A stretch of DNA of 64,000 nucleotides from Lama glama (taxonomy: Eukaryota). This document shows positions 25,101-37,070 of this stretch, piece after piece. Within the stretch, counting starts at the first letter, position 1. Each line of letters begins with the position of its first letter. Location: positions 46,812,001-46,876,000 of the forward strand of contig CM052818.1 in the NCBI GenBank assembly GCA_028534125.1, in the 5' to 3' direction. The position numbers and the translations under genes are program-made. The notes under the pieces were generated by a model that saw only the letters and a list, made by a program, of their open reading frames with translations, had not been told where the DNA came from and did not search any database.

Positions 25101-26819
25101 CCGATGGTGCTGTGAGTCTCTGCCTTTTGAACTGGACAGCTTTGACAGGAGATACATTAGTGTAGACAGTGCTTTTATTCTAGAGAAATGTATCTCCAAG
25201 TCTCACCATCTGCTCAGGACTGGCCCACTAGTGCTTCTTCTTGAGCAGAGGTGAGTCCTTGTTCTGGCATTTTCTGGGCTCTGTGTCTGTTCACTGATTT
25301 TTCTGTATCTCATCTCTTTTGAACGAGAAAAAAAAAATGCCCCTGCCTATGAGAATGGAAAGAATTAGTGGCAGGAAGAAGGGCCACTCTTTTCTTGGTG
25401 CTCCAGAGAGTGGCCATCTCATTGCTGACCAGCGAGCCATGACCGTAATTGTCCCAGGAGCTTTCTTCTCAGGCGCCCGCTCTGAGCTCATCTCCTAGGG
25501 TCATTCTCCACCCATTTCCGTTCTGTCCCTGTGGCACAGCCCAGCACAGTGGGCACTCTCTACAGAGCTCAGAGCAGACCCTACCTTATTCTCCCAGCCA
25601 CTGGCTTTCCTGGTCACAGATGCAAAGACCCACTGATGGAGGACGGAGCTGCTTTCTGAAGGCAGCCCCGCCTCGGTGGTGTGATGGCCTGCCCGACGTT
25701 CACGACTCCTACTGCTGAAAGTATAATAAACACATGATGCCTGCAGCGGCTGCCTCGTGCCCTGTGTCTTTCCTGGGACATCAGGGAAGGGAAAGGAAAG
25801 GAGACCACCATCCACTGGGACCCAACAGGACATGGGCCCTGGCCTAGGTGCCTGCATGCCAGCTGACGATTGGCTTTGACCTCAGCTCTGGGCTGCCTGT
25901 CACTGCGGGGCAGACTGGCCACCTGGCCTGTGTGATGGCCAGTCAGCTGTGGACAACCCTACAGATGTGGACCCAGGAGCACCACATGGCCACAGCGTGT
26001 CACGAAGCATACAGCTCAGCTTGGACAGAGCCGATGTGGATGACAGCGTGTGGGAGGTCACCGAGCAGGCTGCTGTGGGCAGTGTACAAACCCTCCTGGT
26101 CCCGGGCTGGGCTGGCCGAGCAGGCTCCAGCACTGTGTCCCAAACCCTCCCTCCGGGGCAGACCCCCACTAACTGTGCTCACCGCACTGATGTCCGCGCC
26201 GGATGTCGGCTTATTATTTTATAACAAAACCTCCAACTGTGGAAAGGTCTAGAGGGCTGAACCCTTCATTTACCCTGTCCTGTGTGGGGAAATCTGCCTG
26301 CTGAACCTTTTCACAATCCGATGGTGGCCTGGTGAGTGTGAGTCAGAGCCGGGGAGCAGGTTAGGAGTTGAACACTGAGGAACTTCACACTCTGACGCAT
26401 TTCTGCCGGCAGAAATGGGACTGCAGAATTCAAACCCATTCTTCAGACACACCTGCTTCTCTTCTGCACCCTCTTCTTTCTGGGTTCCCACGGCTGGCTG
26501 ATCCCCGCTCCAAGGGACGCCATTTTCCTTGGTTGTGTGACTCATTTCAAAGAGCCTGTCTCAGTTTTCTCCCCGTTTCGCACGGATCTGTGGCTGGTCT
26601 GATCTCCGGGTTAATGGTGTTTCCTGTGAAGCTGGCCGAGCCTCTCAGCGCCCCGTGAGAAGTGACTCCTCGGGGTTTCCCTGAGGTTTTGCCTGCCTAT
26701 TGGGAGCTCTTTGTTTGGGAGGGTTGGTTTTGGGTTCCCCTTCTCTGCCTTTGCCCCCGGCCACTGCCAGCCCGTAGGAAGGTGTGACTAACGTGGGCGG
26801 TGACTCCAGTGAGCGCTGC

Positions 26820-26945
26820 GGTAGGCGCAGGTGCAGTCGTGGGGCCCAGAGCGTATGCTTTCTCGCTTCTTTTTAAGGTGAAAATACAAAATTCAAAATA
26901 GAATATTAGGTATACAAAATGAATATTTATTTTCAACGGGCTAGA
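26820..26945 (+). mobile_element. hAT-Tip100 (MER115-like) fragment
   Basis: 'aaatacaaaattcaaaatagaatattaggtatacaaaatgaatatttattt' resembles recalled MER115. Confidence 0.45.
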
Positions 26946-27099
26946 CAAGTGACGGGCCTCAAATTTACCCTGAAAATGGTCTCTTGGGAGAGGGTGCGAC
27001 ACAGGTGGGAGGGTTTGGGTCCAGAGGACGGGCGATCACAGACCGCGGGTTCTCAGGAAGTGGCCTTTAGTGTCACTGTGCCTCACTTTAAAGGCCCCA

Positions 27100-29400
27100 C
27101 GTTGATAATGTTTTTTACAAATAATGCACGGATATGCTCTCGTACTTTTAAGAAAATAAAGAACTCGGAAGAATGTAAGAGTGAAAAGGGTAAAGTTCTC
27201 CTCGAAGTGCTAATACTGTAGCCCAATCTGATTTTCCTAGAAGTAATTCCTCTGAGCAACTCAGGGTGCTCCTCCCCGGCTGTTTGCTTAACATCTGCGT
27301 CCACGTGTGCACATCTCCTCGTTTTAGGAGGAGGCCTAGTGATCCACTGTGTGTCTGCTCGTGGTTTACTCGGCCCATCACTTACCAACACGTATTTGGG
27401 ATTATTTCAATTGGCTGCTTTTAGAACCAGTGGGCAATGATCATTGTCTTAGCAACCTTTTTTTTTTTTTTGCACATATGGGAATATTTCTGTGGGATAA
27501 ACAGCTGGAAAGGATTTGCTGGGTGTGGAATGTAAGATTTTGTGAGATCCAACAGATTGTCCTTCAAAAACACTACCCCTGTTCACACCCCTATCAGTCA
27601 TAGAACAGCACCTCTCTCTCTCTCCACTTATCAGTATCAGTTTTTACTAAAATACTGGGTGAAACACGATTTATTGGTTTCGGAGGAATATCGCTATTTT
27701 GATATGGATACGCATGGCTGTTAGTGAGTGAGCTGTATCTTTTTACTTTCTATCTGTATTTCTTCTCTGTGAGTTAGCTGCTCACACACATTCCCTAAAG
27801 TTTGACTGGGTTACTGGCCTTTTGAATGCATAGATGCTCCTCAGTTTTTAAATATATTCACCCTCTGGTTGTTACACATGCTGCAAATGCCTTCTACCAG
27901 AATGTGAGTTAGCTTTTGCCTCTGTTTATGGAAACTTTGGTCATAAGAGGATTTTTATATTTATGTGGCCAAGTTTGTCAATCTTTTCTTTTATGTAATC
28001 TGGGTCTTTTTTGGGTGGGGAGCATGCTTATGAAGTACCTTCTCCCCGCTAGATTTAAAAACGCTTTTTCTATCTTTAATACTTTCATAATTAAAAAATA
28101 ATTAGATTTTGAATCCATCTAAATTTTTTGTTTATGGTATGAGGTAGGAATCAAATTGACTTCTAGATTTTCACGCCATTTACGAAGGGGTCGTCATTTC
28201 CTCACTCACTGGGGAAGTCTCTGCTCTGGCCTCCCGCTGCTGCATGCACTGGCTGCAGCCTTAGTGGCACTGATCGGCCAGCCGTCACCGTGTCCATGAG
28301 TTGTGCAGACGGGGAACCAGGGCAGGACGTGGGGAGCTTGTCTGAGGCCTCAGCCCGGGAGACGTCAATGGCTGGGCCCGGGGTGACCTGCAGGGGCTGG
28401 GATTAGCTCGGGGCTCTCCCGCTGACATGTTTGGGCGCCTGGGCTGGGATGCCTCAAAAGCGGGGCTCAGCCGGGACTGTGACGGGAGCCCCTGCGTGCG
28501 GCCTCTGGGTGGACTGGGCCTCTTTGCTGTATGGAGACTTCAGGCAGTCTGATTTCTCGACGGGAGCGCAGGGCACCGAGAGGGAGGGCTACAGCTGAGC
28601 AAGGAGGGAGCTGCACGGCGTCCCATGGCCTCACCTTGGAAGTCACATGGCATCACTCAAGTGGTAGGAAGCCACCTGTCCCACCAGATTCAAGCAGAGG
28701 GAACACAGTGGAGAGCTTGTCAAAGGATCTGTGGTTGTGTTTTAAAACGATTCCACCTTCCTTTACCAAATGTTAAATTTCCACTTACAATGGATCTGTT
28801 TCTGGACTCTGACATATCCCACTGGTGTCTACTTGCCTTACTGCACAGATATGCCCAGTGCTTTAGTTGCTAGAGGTTATTACGTGTTCTGATACCTGGG
28901 GTGGGGGCAAGTCTTCCCTGATAGTTTTTTCCTCCTAATTTTTTAGAGATATATACACATATATACACACATATATAATTTCTTCTGTAAGATGTTTACA
29001 ATCATTTTGTTAAGTTCCATGACAACTTTTTATTTTGCATTTACAGATGAATTTGGAGGAGAATTGACATCTTTAAAAATGGAGTCTTCCCATCCAGGAG
29101 TAGGGTCTTTTATAAGAAAGATTTGATAATTTTCCTGAGATAGGTCTTCTTCTGCTTCTGTTAGGTTTATTCCTGTATCTTATTTTTATAAGCTATGAAT
29201 GGGCATGGGAGCTTTAAAAGTTTTCTTATGATCATTGCCCTATGGAAACCTGAGTTTTTCACGTTCCTCCTGCCATCTTGCAGAGAACTCTTAGTTATAA
29301 TATTGTTAGATGACATCTTTAAACATTTGTGGTTAGAAAGTCATATTATCTGTAAACAATGATTGCTTTTTCCTGTTCATTAGAAGTTCATGGAGTTCGT
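27100..29400 (-). mobile_element. Old L1ME-type element, interrupted by an MLT1 LTR
   Basis: L1-type motifs 'tgctgcaaatgccttct', 'tggtatgaggtaggaatc', 'ggagaattgacatctttaa...gagtcttcccatcca'. Confidence 0.7.
28280..28757 (-). mobile_element. MLT1 (MaLR) LTR inserted in L1
   Basis: 'gggctcagccgggactgtgac...ccttggaagtcacatggcatcact...ccagattcaagcagagggaa...ttttaaaac'. Confidence 0.65.
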
Positions 29401-29451
29401 AGGATGGATACACATGATGATATCATTGGCTGATGTGTCATAAATTCTGTC

Positions 29452-29686
29452 CAAATTTCTTTTTCTTTTCAACTTTTTTTTTATTGAGTTATAGTCAGTT
29501 TACAATGTTGTGTCAATTTCCAGCGTAGAGCACAATTTTTCAGTTATACATGAACATGCATGTATTCACTGTCACATTTTTTTTTCGCTATGAGCTACCA
29601 AAAGATCTTGTATATATTTCCATGTGCTATACGGTGTAATCTTGTTTATCTATTCTACATATGCCTGTCAGTATCTACAAATTTCT
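29452..29686 (-). mobile_element. Young 5'-truncated L1 3' end, camelid-type, with TSD
   Basis: T-rich tail then 'ttattgagttatagtcagtttacaatgttgtgtcaatttcc'; CAAATTTCT at both 29452-29460 and 29678-29686. Confidence 0.8.
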
Positions 29687-31289
29687 GCACATATCTGCAC
29701 TTCTTAGAAGAGAACTTCAGTAGCTACTGAGTTCATCTACCCCACCACTCATATTTTGCAGGGCCAGGAAACCCAGCTCTTCAGTGGTTCGGGCACGGTC
29801 CCCAGCACATGGGAGGCAGGGCAGACCCTGGGACCCAGGTCTCCCGACCCCAGCACTATGTCCTGCCCGTCATATCCACCTGGACCTGATTGTCACAGCC
29901 TACACTTGCTGCCTTGTGATCACTAAGAGAGGTCACTATGGCAGTCAACAAGCACTTTGGTTACCTGTGTGTAAAATGCTGACAATGCATATGGAGCAAA
30001 TGTGAATTTGCTTAACGACTTTCTCCAGAATCTTCCTGCCGCCACATCTCTTAATCTTAGCAGCAGCCTGTGCGAAGGGCAAAGGATGGTGGGGCTCTGG
30101 GGTCTGAAGTGCGCCCACCGTGCTGTGACTTGTGGCTGACTCCCCCTTCATTCAGTTGTCTGTACAGGGAGGTGATAATTTCGACTTTAGTTTTCTTGTG
30201 ATGACACGGGACGGGACACATTGTAAGCTCGCCACCAGTGGACATTCTCTCCTCTTCCCCCCGCTTCTCCCCCTCCTCACCTCTGCACCACCACCTCCTC
30301 TGCTTTTTCCTTCTTACTTTGAGCATTTAGCCACATAACTGTGTGCATCTATTCCTGATTCAGCTACATTCATTTCCTTAGTCCCTGACTTTGAAAACAG
30401 TGGTGGTGGTGTTGACAAAGATCTCTTGTGGAAGGAATTCAGACTGGGTCCAGGGTCACTGCAAGCTGAGGGTCAGCAAAATTCCTCATGAGAGAAACCT
30501 CGCGGGGGACAGGGCCTAGGGAAGAGCTCACCCGACAGGCTTGTGGACCGAAGGCCAGCCCTCCCGGCCCCCGCCGCTCCCGGGTGGGGCCCACCTGCTC
30601 AGGTCCCCTTCCCCACACGGTGTGCGTTTTGGCTTTGGTGTTATTATCTGTCTTGCAGGTACTTTCTATTTGAGCCTCCTGGGCTGACTCCACGCCTCTC
30701 AGAGTGTGATGTTAAAACGGTCACAGCCTAGCCTCTGCCCTGCTGCCCTTTTCCTGTGACACCTGTCTGTGGGACTGTGCCTCATGGGGCAGAGGTGCCA
30801 CTCCGCAGTGGGTCTCCCCCCAGGGCTGGCGGGTGTGCAGGCTGTGCTGGGGGCTTTCACACAGCCCCCCCAACCCAGTGCAGGTGTCTCCCCTGCTCCA
30901 TGCACTGGGGGCTGGAGGGGACCTGTGGGTGTCACTCCCCTGTCACATGTGCCTACTTTGGAAGATGATGACTATAGATCACCTGGGACAACTGTGGAGG
31001 AGACACATGGTCCTGGCCACCCCCTTGGCCCCACATCTCCCAGACCCCTCAGTTTTCCAGACCAAAGGGCTCCTCTCTGTCCACACTTGTCGGCCCTCAC
31101 TGAGAGGACAGGGAGAGCCAGGAGTGGCTGCCTGCTACTTACCTTTTCCAGATCCTGGCCGTGCCGTCACCTGAGATGGGGGCCACGTGCTGCCTGGCCC
31201 TGGGAGAGCCAGCCAGTCCTGGAGGCTTTCCCACAAAGTGCGAGGCTGGGGTGCACATGTTTGGACGAGCAGAGCCCAGAGTAACAAGA

Positions 31290-31480
31290 ACTGCCCCTAA
31301 TGGGAGCCTCACTGTCAGGGCTCACTTGGTCCTCACAGTGGTACTGCCAGGGAGATGTTACTATTATTGACCCATTCCACAGCTGAGGAAACTGAGGCAC
31401 AGAGGGACTAACACCTCGCCGTACTCACACAGCGAGCAAGTAGGAGAGCCGGGGTCCCAACGCCGGCAACCTGGTTCAAA
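31290..31480 (-). mobile_element. MIR SINE
   Basis: 'cccattccacagctgaggaaactgaggcacagagg'. Confidence 0.75.
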
Positions 31481-31859
31481 CCGATGGCCTGCCCCACCTT
31501 GCCCTTCTGCGGTGCCTCAGACAAAACAAAACGATTCCAAGTGCCTGATCACTAGTGGACTCCTAGGTAACAGAGTTTGAAAAAATGAATTGCTATGGTT
31601 TCAGATTCCACACGGCAGCTCACCTTTAAGAAACCACTACTTGGGTTTTTGGTTCAATATCAAAGAGTACCTACCCACCGTTATCTGAAAAGCCTCTCGC
31701 AGAGCTGTCCTCTCCCCGCCAGCTCCGTGTTTACCGGAGGCTGAGCTCCCCCGCGCACCTCCGCCAAAGCCGCATGGCGCAGGCTGCGCGCGGAAGCAGA
31801 TGCGAGGAGCCAGCTGTCTTCTGTACATTCAGACGTTCAGGAGCCCGGGAAAACTAGAA

Positions 31860-32105
31860 ACTGCTGCCACCCTTCTCACCGTTAGTTTTGTTTTGGAAAA
31901 TATGTTACTTTTCTTAAAACTGGTGCCAATATGGAAGGAATTTATTGTTGTTATTTTTGATACAAAGCAATAAACATTCAAAACATTTTTCTCAGTTGTA
32001 ATTTCTAATACAGTAAATATCTTCAAAGACCACCCACGGGGACAGATACTCATTAATTTTTAAGGGTATAAAGTGGTCCTCAGACCAAAAAATCTGAGAT
32101 AAGGT
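31860..32105 (+). mobile_element. Charlie1-family hAT 3' fragment
   Basis: 'ttctcagttgtaatttctaatacagtaaatatc...aatttttaagggtataaagtggtcctcagaccaaaaaatctgaga'. Confidence 0.7.
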
Positions 32106-33910
32106 GCCTTTCAGAAAAGCTGGCCTTAGTGGGGACCAGTGCCCAGGCCTCCCGCAGGGCCCCTGGCTGCCGGCGGCTGTGCCGGGAGGAAGGCGGGTTT
32201 CACCCCATCTCTCTTCCACGTTTTGTGTAAATGACCTGGCCTGCCCCCTCTTCCCCGTCTGGGGTGGCTCAGAGATCGCTAAGCATGTCTCCTCTTTGGC
32301 ATGCGTGTGATGTGGGCACCCGTATTTACTTCTCAGCAATGTGCGGGATGAGAACAGCAGAATATACGGTTGGAGAGTAAGTGTGCAGTGAGTAATGCGG
32401 GGGTCATCTAGCAGGGTCCGGGGACGGGAGGCATCACAGGAGGACTTAGGGGCCAGGCTGACCCTAGGAGGTTGGGTTTGATGCTCCTGTGATCACCCCG
32501 GGTCTGGCTCACGTCTGCCTCTGCCCCACCTGCGTTTGCAGCGTCGCCGTCTGACCTTGCAGTGCTGAAAAGTGGGACATTGGATATGTGTCTCCATGGG
32601 CTCTGCGTCATCTAAAGCAGTTGCTGTGGGTGATTGTCTCCAGCTCCCCCAAACCCCCATACCTTCTTCCCACTCCCTGCCCCAGTCAATAAAATACTGA
32701 GTTTATAGTCTTAGATTTTAAGTGGAAAGATACCTTTGTGCTTCTGAGCACTAAAGAGACAGAGTACAACACCTTTGGTGTATTTTTCAGAGGGGAGTCC
32801 TCTCCGTGAGCAGTTTCCACCTGCCTCATCTTTCGTTATGGTGTTTACCCCTGTCTCAGATCCGCTCTGGACTCAGAGATGAACTGGGCACGGCCCTGCC
32901 AGGAGAGACCACGGCCTCAGACAGCTGCCAGGAGCGGGCGGTGTGTTGGGGGAGAAAGCTGCCCTCTAGGTGTGGGGCTGTCTGGGAGCAGGTGCTCGGA
33001 TGGGAGGACACTGGGAACCATCGCCCAGGTGAGCCGGGAGTTTGCGTCCGGGGTGACCAGACAGAGTGAACAGGTAGTGAGGAAGAGGGCGGACAGGAGG
33101 TGTAGGGAGGGAGTGCAGACGGCTCCGGTGGAGTACTTGGCCTGCCGTGGTGAGTACTTGGAGAGGTTCATGGAGAGAGTGGGGAGTGAACTTGACCTTG
33201 AAGGGTGAGTAGGTTTTGGGGAAGTGAAGAGGAACAGGGAAAGTACTGGAGGGTTAGGACATATGAGCGGGGGCCCCACAACAAATAAGTTCAAGGCGCA
33301 CAGGTCAGTGTAGCTGGAGGGAAGGGGCTGTGTGGGGAGCAGGTTCGGGCTGTGAGACAGGGGGTCTCGGGGACCAGACTCGAGTTAGGGACTTGCCCTT
33401 TGGATTCAGGAAGCCACGGATGGTCTTAGAGAGGTGGCCTGTCCTGTGTACATAGGGATCCTTGGGAGGTGACATTGATAGAGACGCCCGGAAATGACGG
33501 AAGGGGGGCACTCTGACCCTGGAACCATAGCAGCATCTCTTCACTGTGGGCAGCAGGGAGGGACAGGAAAAGATGAAAAAATAAGCCCTTGCGAGGCGTC
33601 AGGGACGGACTGAAGTCGTATGGCAAGGGGGTGGGAAGAGTGGACGGTGGTGCCAAGTTTTTAGCCTGATGCCAGTGAAATACAAATACACTTGTGTTTC
33701 TTTACATAGCTGCGTGTGCAGACGACGGTCCAGAAGTGCTCATCTCGTTTGGCACTTAGCTTCTGGGAAGACCAGGAGGAAGAATTCTCTCAGGCTGGGA
33801 GTCAAGTTTTAGCTCACTTTGAAGCTATTATTATGACTTAAGAAAACACAATTAGGATTCCTGGGGTGCGAATCAAACGAAAAGATAATGAGCTTACACC
33901 CCATGTTGTC

Positions 33911-34419
33911 TGGGGACGCCTGTCTCCTCCGCGAGGCCCAGCGGCCCCCCACTTCTGGTGTCCATGGCTTCTCGTAATGATACGCGTCCCTGGGATGTGG
34001 GCTGAGCGTGGTGACTCGCTTCTCAGGAACAGACGTTGGCCACAGGCACGGGATCTCTCTCCTGTGACGTGGCTGCACGCTCGCGGGGACCTCTGCCCTG
34101 CCCTCTCCTGCTCTTAGGGAAGCTGGCTGCCACTCTGGCAGCTGCCTTGTGCAGAGGCAAGGAGGTGAGGCCTCCAGCCAACAGCCAGTGAAGACCTGAG
34201 GCTGGCAAGAGCCACGTGAGTGAGCTTAGAGCCAAACCCTCCCCTTGTTGAGCCTGAGGTGACCACAAGCTGTCACATTGATTGAGAGGCCAGGAGCCAG
34301 AGGAACCGGCTAAGCCGCTCCCAGATTCCTGACCGATGGCACTGGGGCAATAAAACATATGTGGGGTTAGGTTGCCAAATCTGGGGACCTGTGTTCCACA
34401 GGGAGAGATGACGATTACA
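33911..34419 (+). mobile_element. MLT1F-like MaLR solo LTR
   Basis: 'ggcctccagccaacagccagtgaagacctgagg...cacgtgagtgagctt...ctaagccgctcccagattcctgacc', AATAAA, and a terminal 'taca'. Confidence 0.8.
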
Positions 34420-34454
34420 CCTGAAACCCCTTAATGGGGTCTAAGAGGTTGTCC

Positions 34455-34665
34455 CCAAAGCCAGACTGCGTGTGTTCACATCCTGGCTCTGCTTTATAAG
34501 CTGTACAAACTGAAGCAAGTTATTCAGTTTCACGTGCCTCAGTTCCTTCATCTGCAAAATGGGAGTAAGAATAACACCTATGTCAGAGGGTAAGTGTGAG
34601 ATTAAGTGAGAGAGTCCCTAAAAGTGGATTCGGACAGTGTTAGTGCTGAGTGAGTACTAGGCATC
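34455..34665 (+). mobile_element. MIR SINE
   Basis: 'gtgcctcagttccttcatctgcaaaatgggagtaagaata...gagattaagtgag'. Confidence 0.8.
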
Positions 34666-35859
34666 ACCATGATTATGATGAGTCTACCCTTTAAGGCCCA
34701 ACCTGACGCTCATCCGTCTACAGTTTCTGTTGTGCTGCCCCACCCACACTGACCTCTCCTCTTGGGGTTTTTATAGCATCTTGTCTGCACTTCACACCCT
34801 CGTTCTCCATTTAAAACCCTCTGGCTTGATCCTGGATGGTCTCAGATCTATGAACTTTTCCCAGCTCTGAAGGGTTCCCAGGAGGCCTCAGCAGAGTGCA
34901 TGACACAGAACAAGGATTGAGTGAAGTGGGCAGAGGGGAACGGGATCAGCTATGAGCTCGTGAGGTCAGGCACGAGTGGAGTTGCCGCGTGCTGTGTGAC
35001 CGCGGCCTAGCCCTGTCCCAGCGCAGAACAGGTTTGAAACCATCCAGTTAAACCGGATGAGGCGAGCAGACACAGGACAGGTGCTCGGCCACCGCTGCAC
35101 GCGCGAGGCCAAGGGAGCGGGGACGCAGTGGTCCAGGCAGCTCCATGCTGGGTGGGCCCGAGGTGCAAAGGGAGTGCTTGACGAATGTTTTTCGATAAAT
35201 GAGGCCCCTTGTTAATTCTGGCTGACCTGGGGAAAGGTCACCGAATCTGGGCCAAGTGTTTGGAGTTCGGGTGATGGCAAGTGGAGGCTTCTGCTATCCA
35301 GCTGGTGTCTTCCCTGCATTCGGCTCACAGGCGGGCCTGAGAAGAAGGCTGGCAGCAGGCGGGGAGAAAGCAGAGACCCTGGCAAGCAGAGAGGGAACCA
35401 CGGCTCCCCCTAGCACACGGTCACCTGAGGGCCCACCTTGCCACTTGGCGCCCTGAGCAGCTGTGGAAGGAGGGAGGAGGGGGTGGCTGCACCCTGAGCA
35501 GTGACCTCAGGTGCTGAGGCGCTCTGTCCGCCACAAGCAAGACGACTTCCCGGACCCAACTGCAAACGCTTGTCAGCTCCTGCCGCGGTGATCAGAACAG
35601 CTCCTACAGAAACCTCCAGGCAGGAGCTGCCACTCCCTCATCCACGTGTGCTTTCGGAGCATCCGCTGGGTCCCGCAGGGCCCTGCGAGGCACCCGGGGT
35701 GGGACAAACCTAAGCCAGGATTCCTGGCCCTGCCGGTCCTACCGTCCAGGGCAGGAGCTGGGGCGGTCCAGCCTCCCAGGGAGAGTGGAAAGGCACCAGT
35801 ACCTTTGATGGTGTCACAATGGCTGGGAGTGGCATGGACCTTTAGCAGGAGGGGCTCGG

Positions 35860-37070
35860 CCCTCCTGCGGTTCACAGACAATACCCCAGGGTAAAGCATT
35901 ACCCTGGTCAACTCCCCCTTTGGGAATGACTAGCTCAGTGGGAGAGCGAAATGTTAATCAATTAACCACACAAGTAAGTGAATAATTACAAACCATGCTA
36001 ACTGCTATGAAGAGAACAGTACAGGAAGCTCAGAGGGGGAACAACGCAGGCCCTCTCCGGGGTGGGGCGGGGGGGGGGTGTGAGGAAGGCTTCCTGAAAA
36101 AAGCAGTGACTGGGCTGAAATCAAGGGCATGAATGGGGCACTGGGTTGAAGGGGTGAGTGCAGGGTGAGGCGTGGAGTCAGAGCAAGGGGAGAGAGAGGG
36201 AGAAGTTGGCTGAGGCTAGTCACTCCGGTCCTAAGAAGCCAGGTGAGATTCTGGTGTGAGTTTCCTGCATGAAGGGGACCTGACGGCACCTGAGGCTTGG
36301 AAAGGTCACCCTGGAGGGACATGGGGGATGGACTGGAGGCAAGGCTGGGGAGAGCCCGGTTAGATGGTGCGGCGCTGCACGGGGGGTGAGGGTGAAGAGA
36401 GAAGACCAAGGGGACAGCCTTGCCAGATGCCAGGAGGGAAACAGGTCTGGGGGTAGATTAGGTCCGGGGCAAGAGTCAGAACGGTGGCAATGACAGCCAG
36501 GTGACAGCGGCCACTTGGTAAGTCGCAGGCGCTGGAAGCAGAACAGTTCTGGGGGGGACTGTTAGCTCCGTTCTGAACCAGGTAAACCTGAGATGCCTCT
36601 GAAACAGCCGAGAGGTGCGTGCGAAGAATTTGGCTGCACCCCTCTGGGGGCAGAGGTGCCCTTGGGGTGGAGGGAGGGTTTGGGAGAAGTTGGTACGGGA
36701 GACAGAGGCCACTGGCGGGGGCAGGCTCCCCGGCAAGGGTTTAGGAGGGGAGACACATCTCCACCGAAGACTTGAGGCGCCCTGAAGGTCACGGCCAGGT
36801 AGAGGGAGACGACTCAGGCCAAGAGAGAAAGAGGAGCAGGAGGGAGGGGCAGCAGGAGAGGGAACTGCCACAGAAGCCAAGTTCAATGGTCAGCAGGGCC
36901 TCCTGGGCTGGGAAGTTGAGTAAGAGGGTGACTGAGAACCGTGTCTTGGATTTAGAAAATGAGGTCACTGGTGACGTCGGCCACAGCTGAGGAGGCGGCC
37001 GGGGGTGGGCCGGTGGGCGGGGGGAGAGGAAACGGAGCGGGCGCCGGCACTTTGAAGAAGTGTGTGAGGG
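35860..37070 (-). mobile_element. L2 (long, degraded)
   Basis: 'actgctatgaagagaa...gaaggcttcctg' and 'ttggatttagaaaatgaggtcactggtgac'. Confidence 0.55.

Noticed and set aside
28140..28147. TGAGGTAG let-7-like 5' end (also near 47579)
   Set aside because: Following bases do not match let-7, I see no hairpin, and this copy lies in L1 sequence
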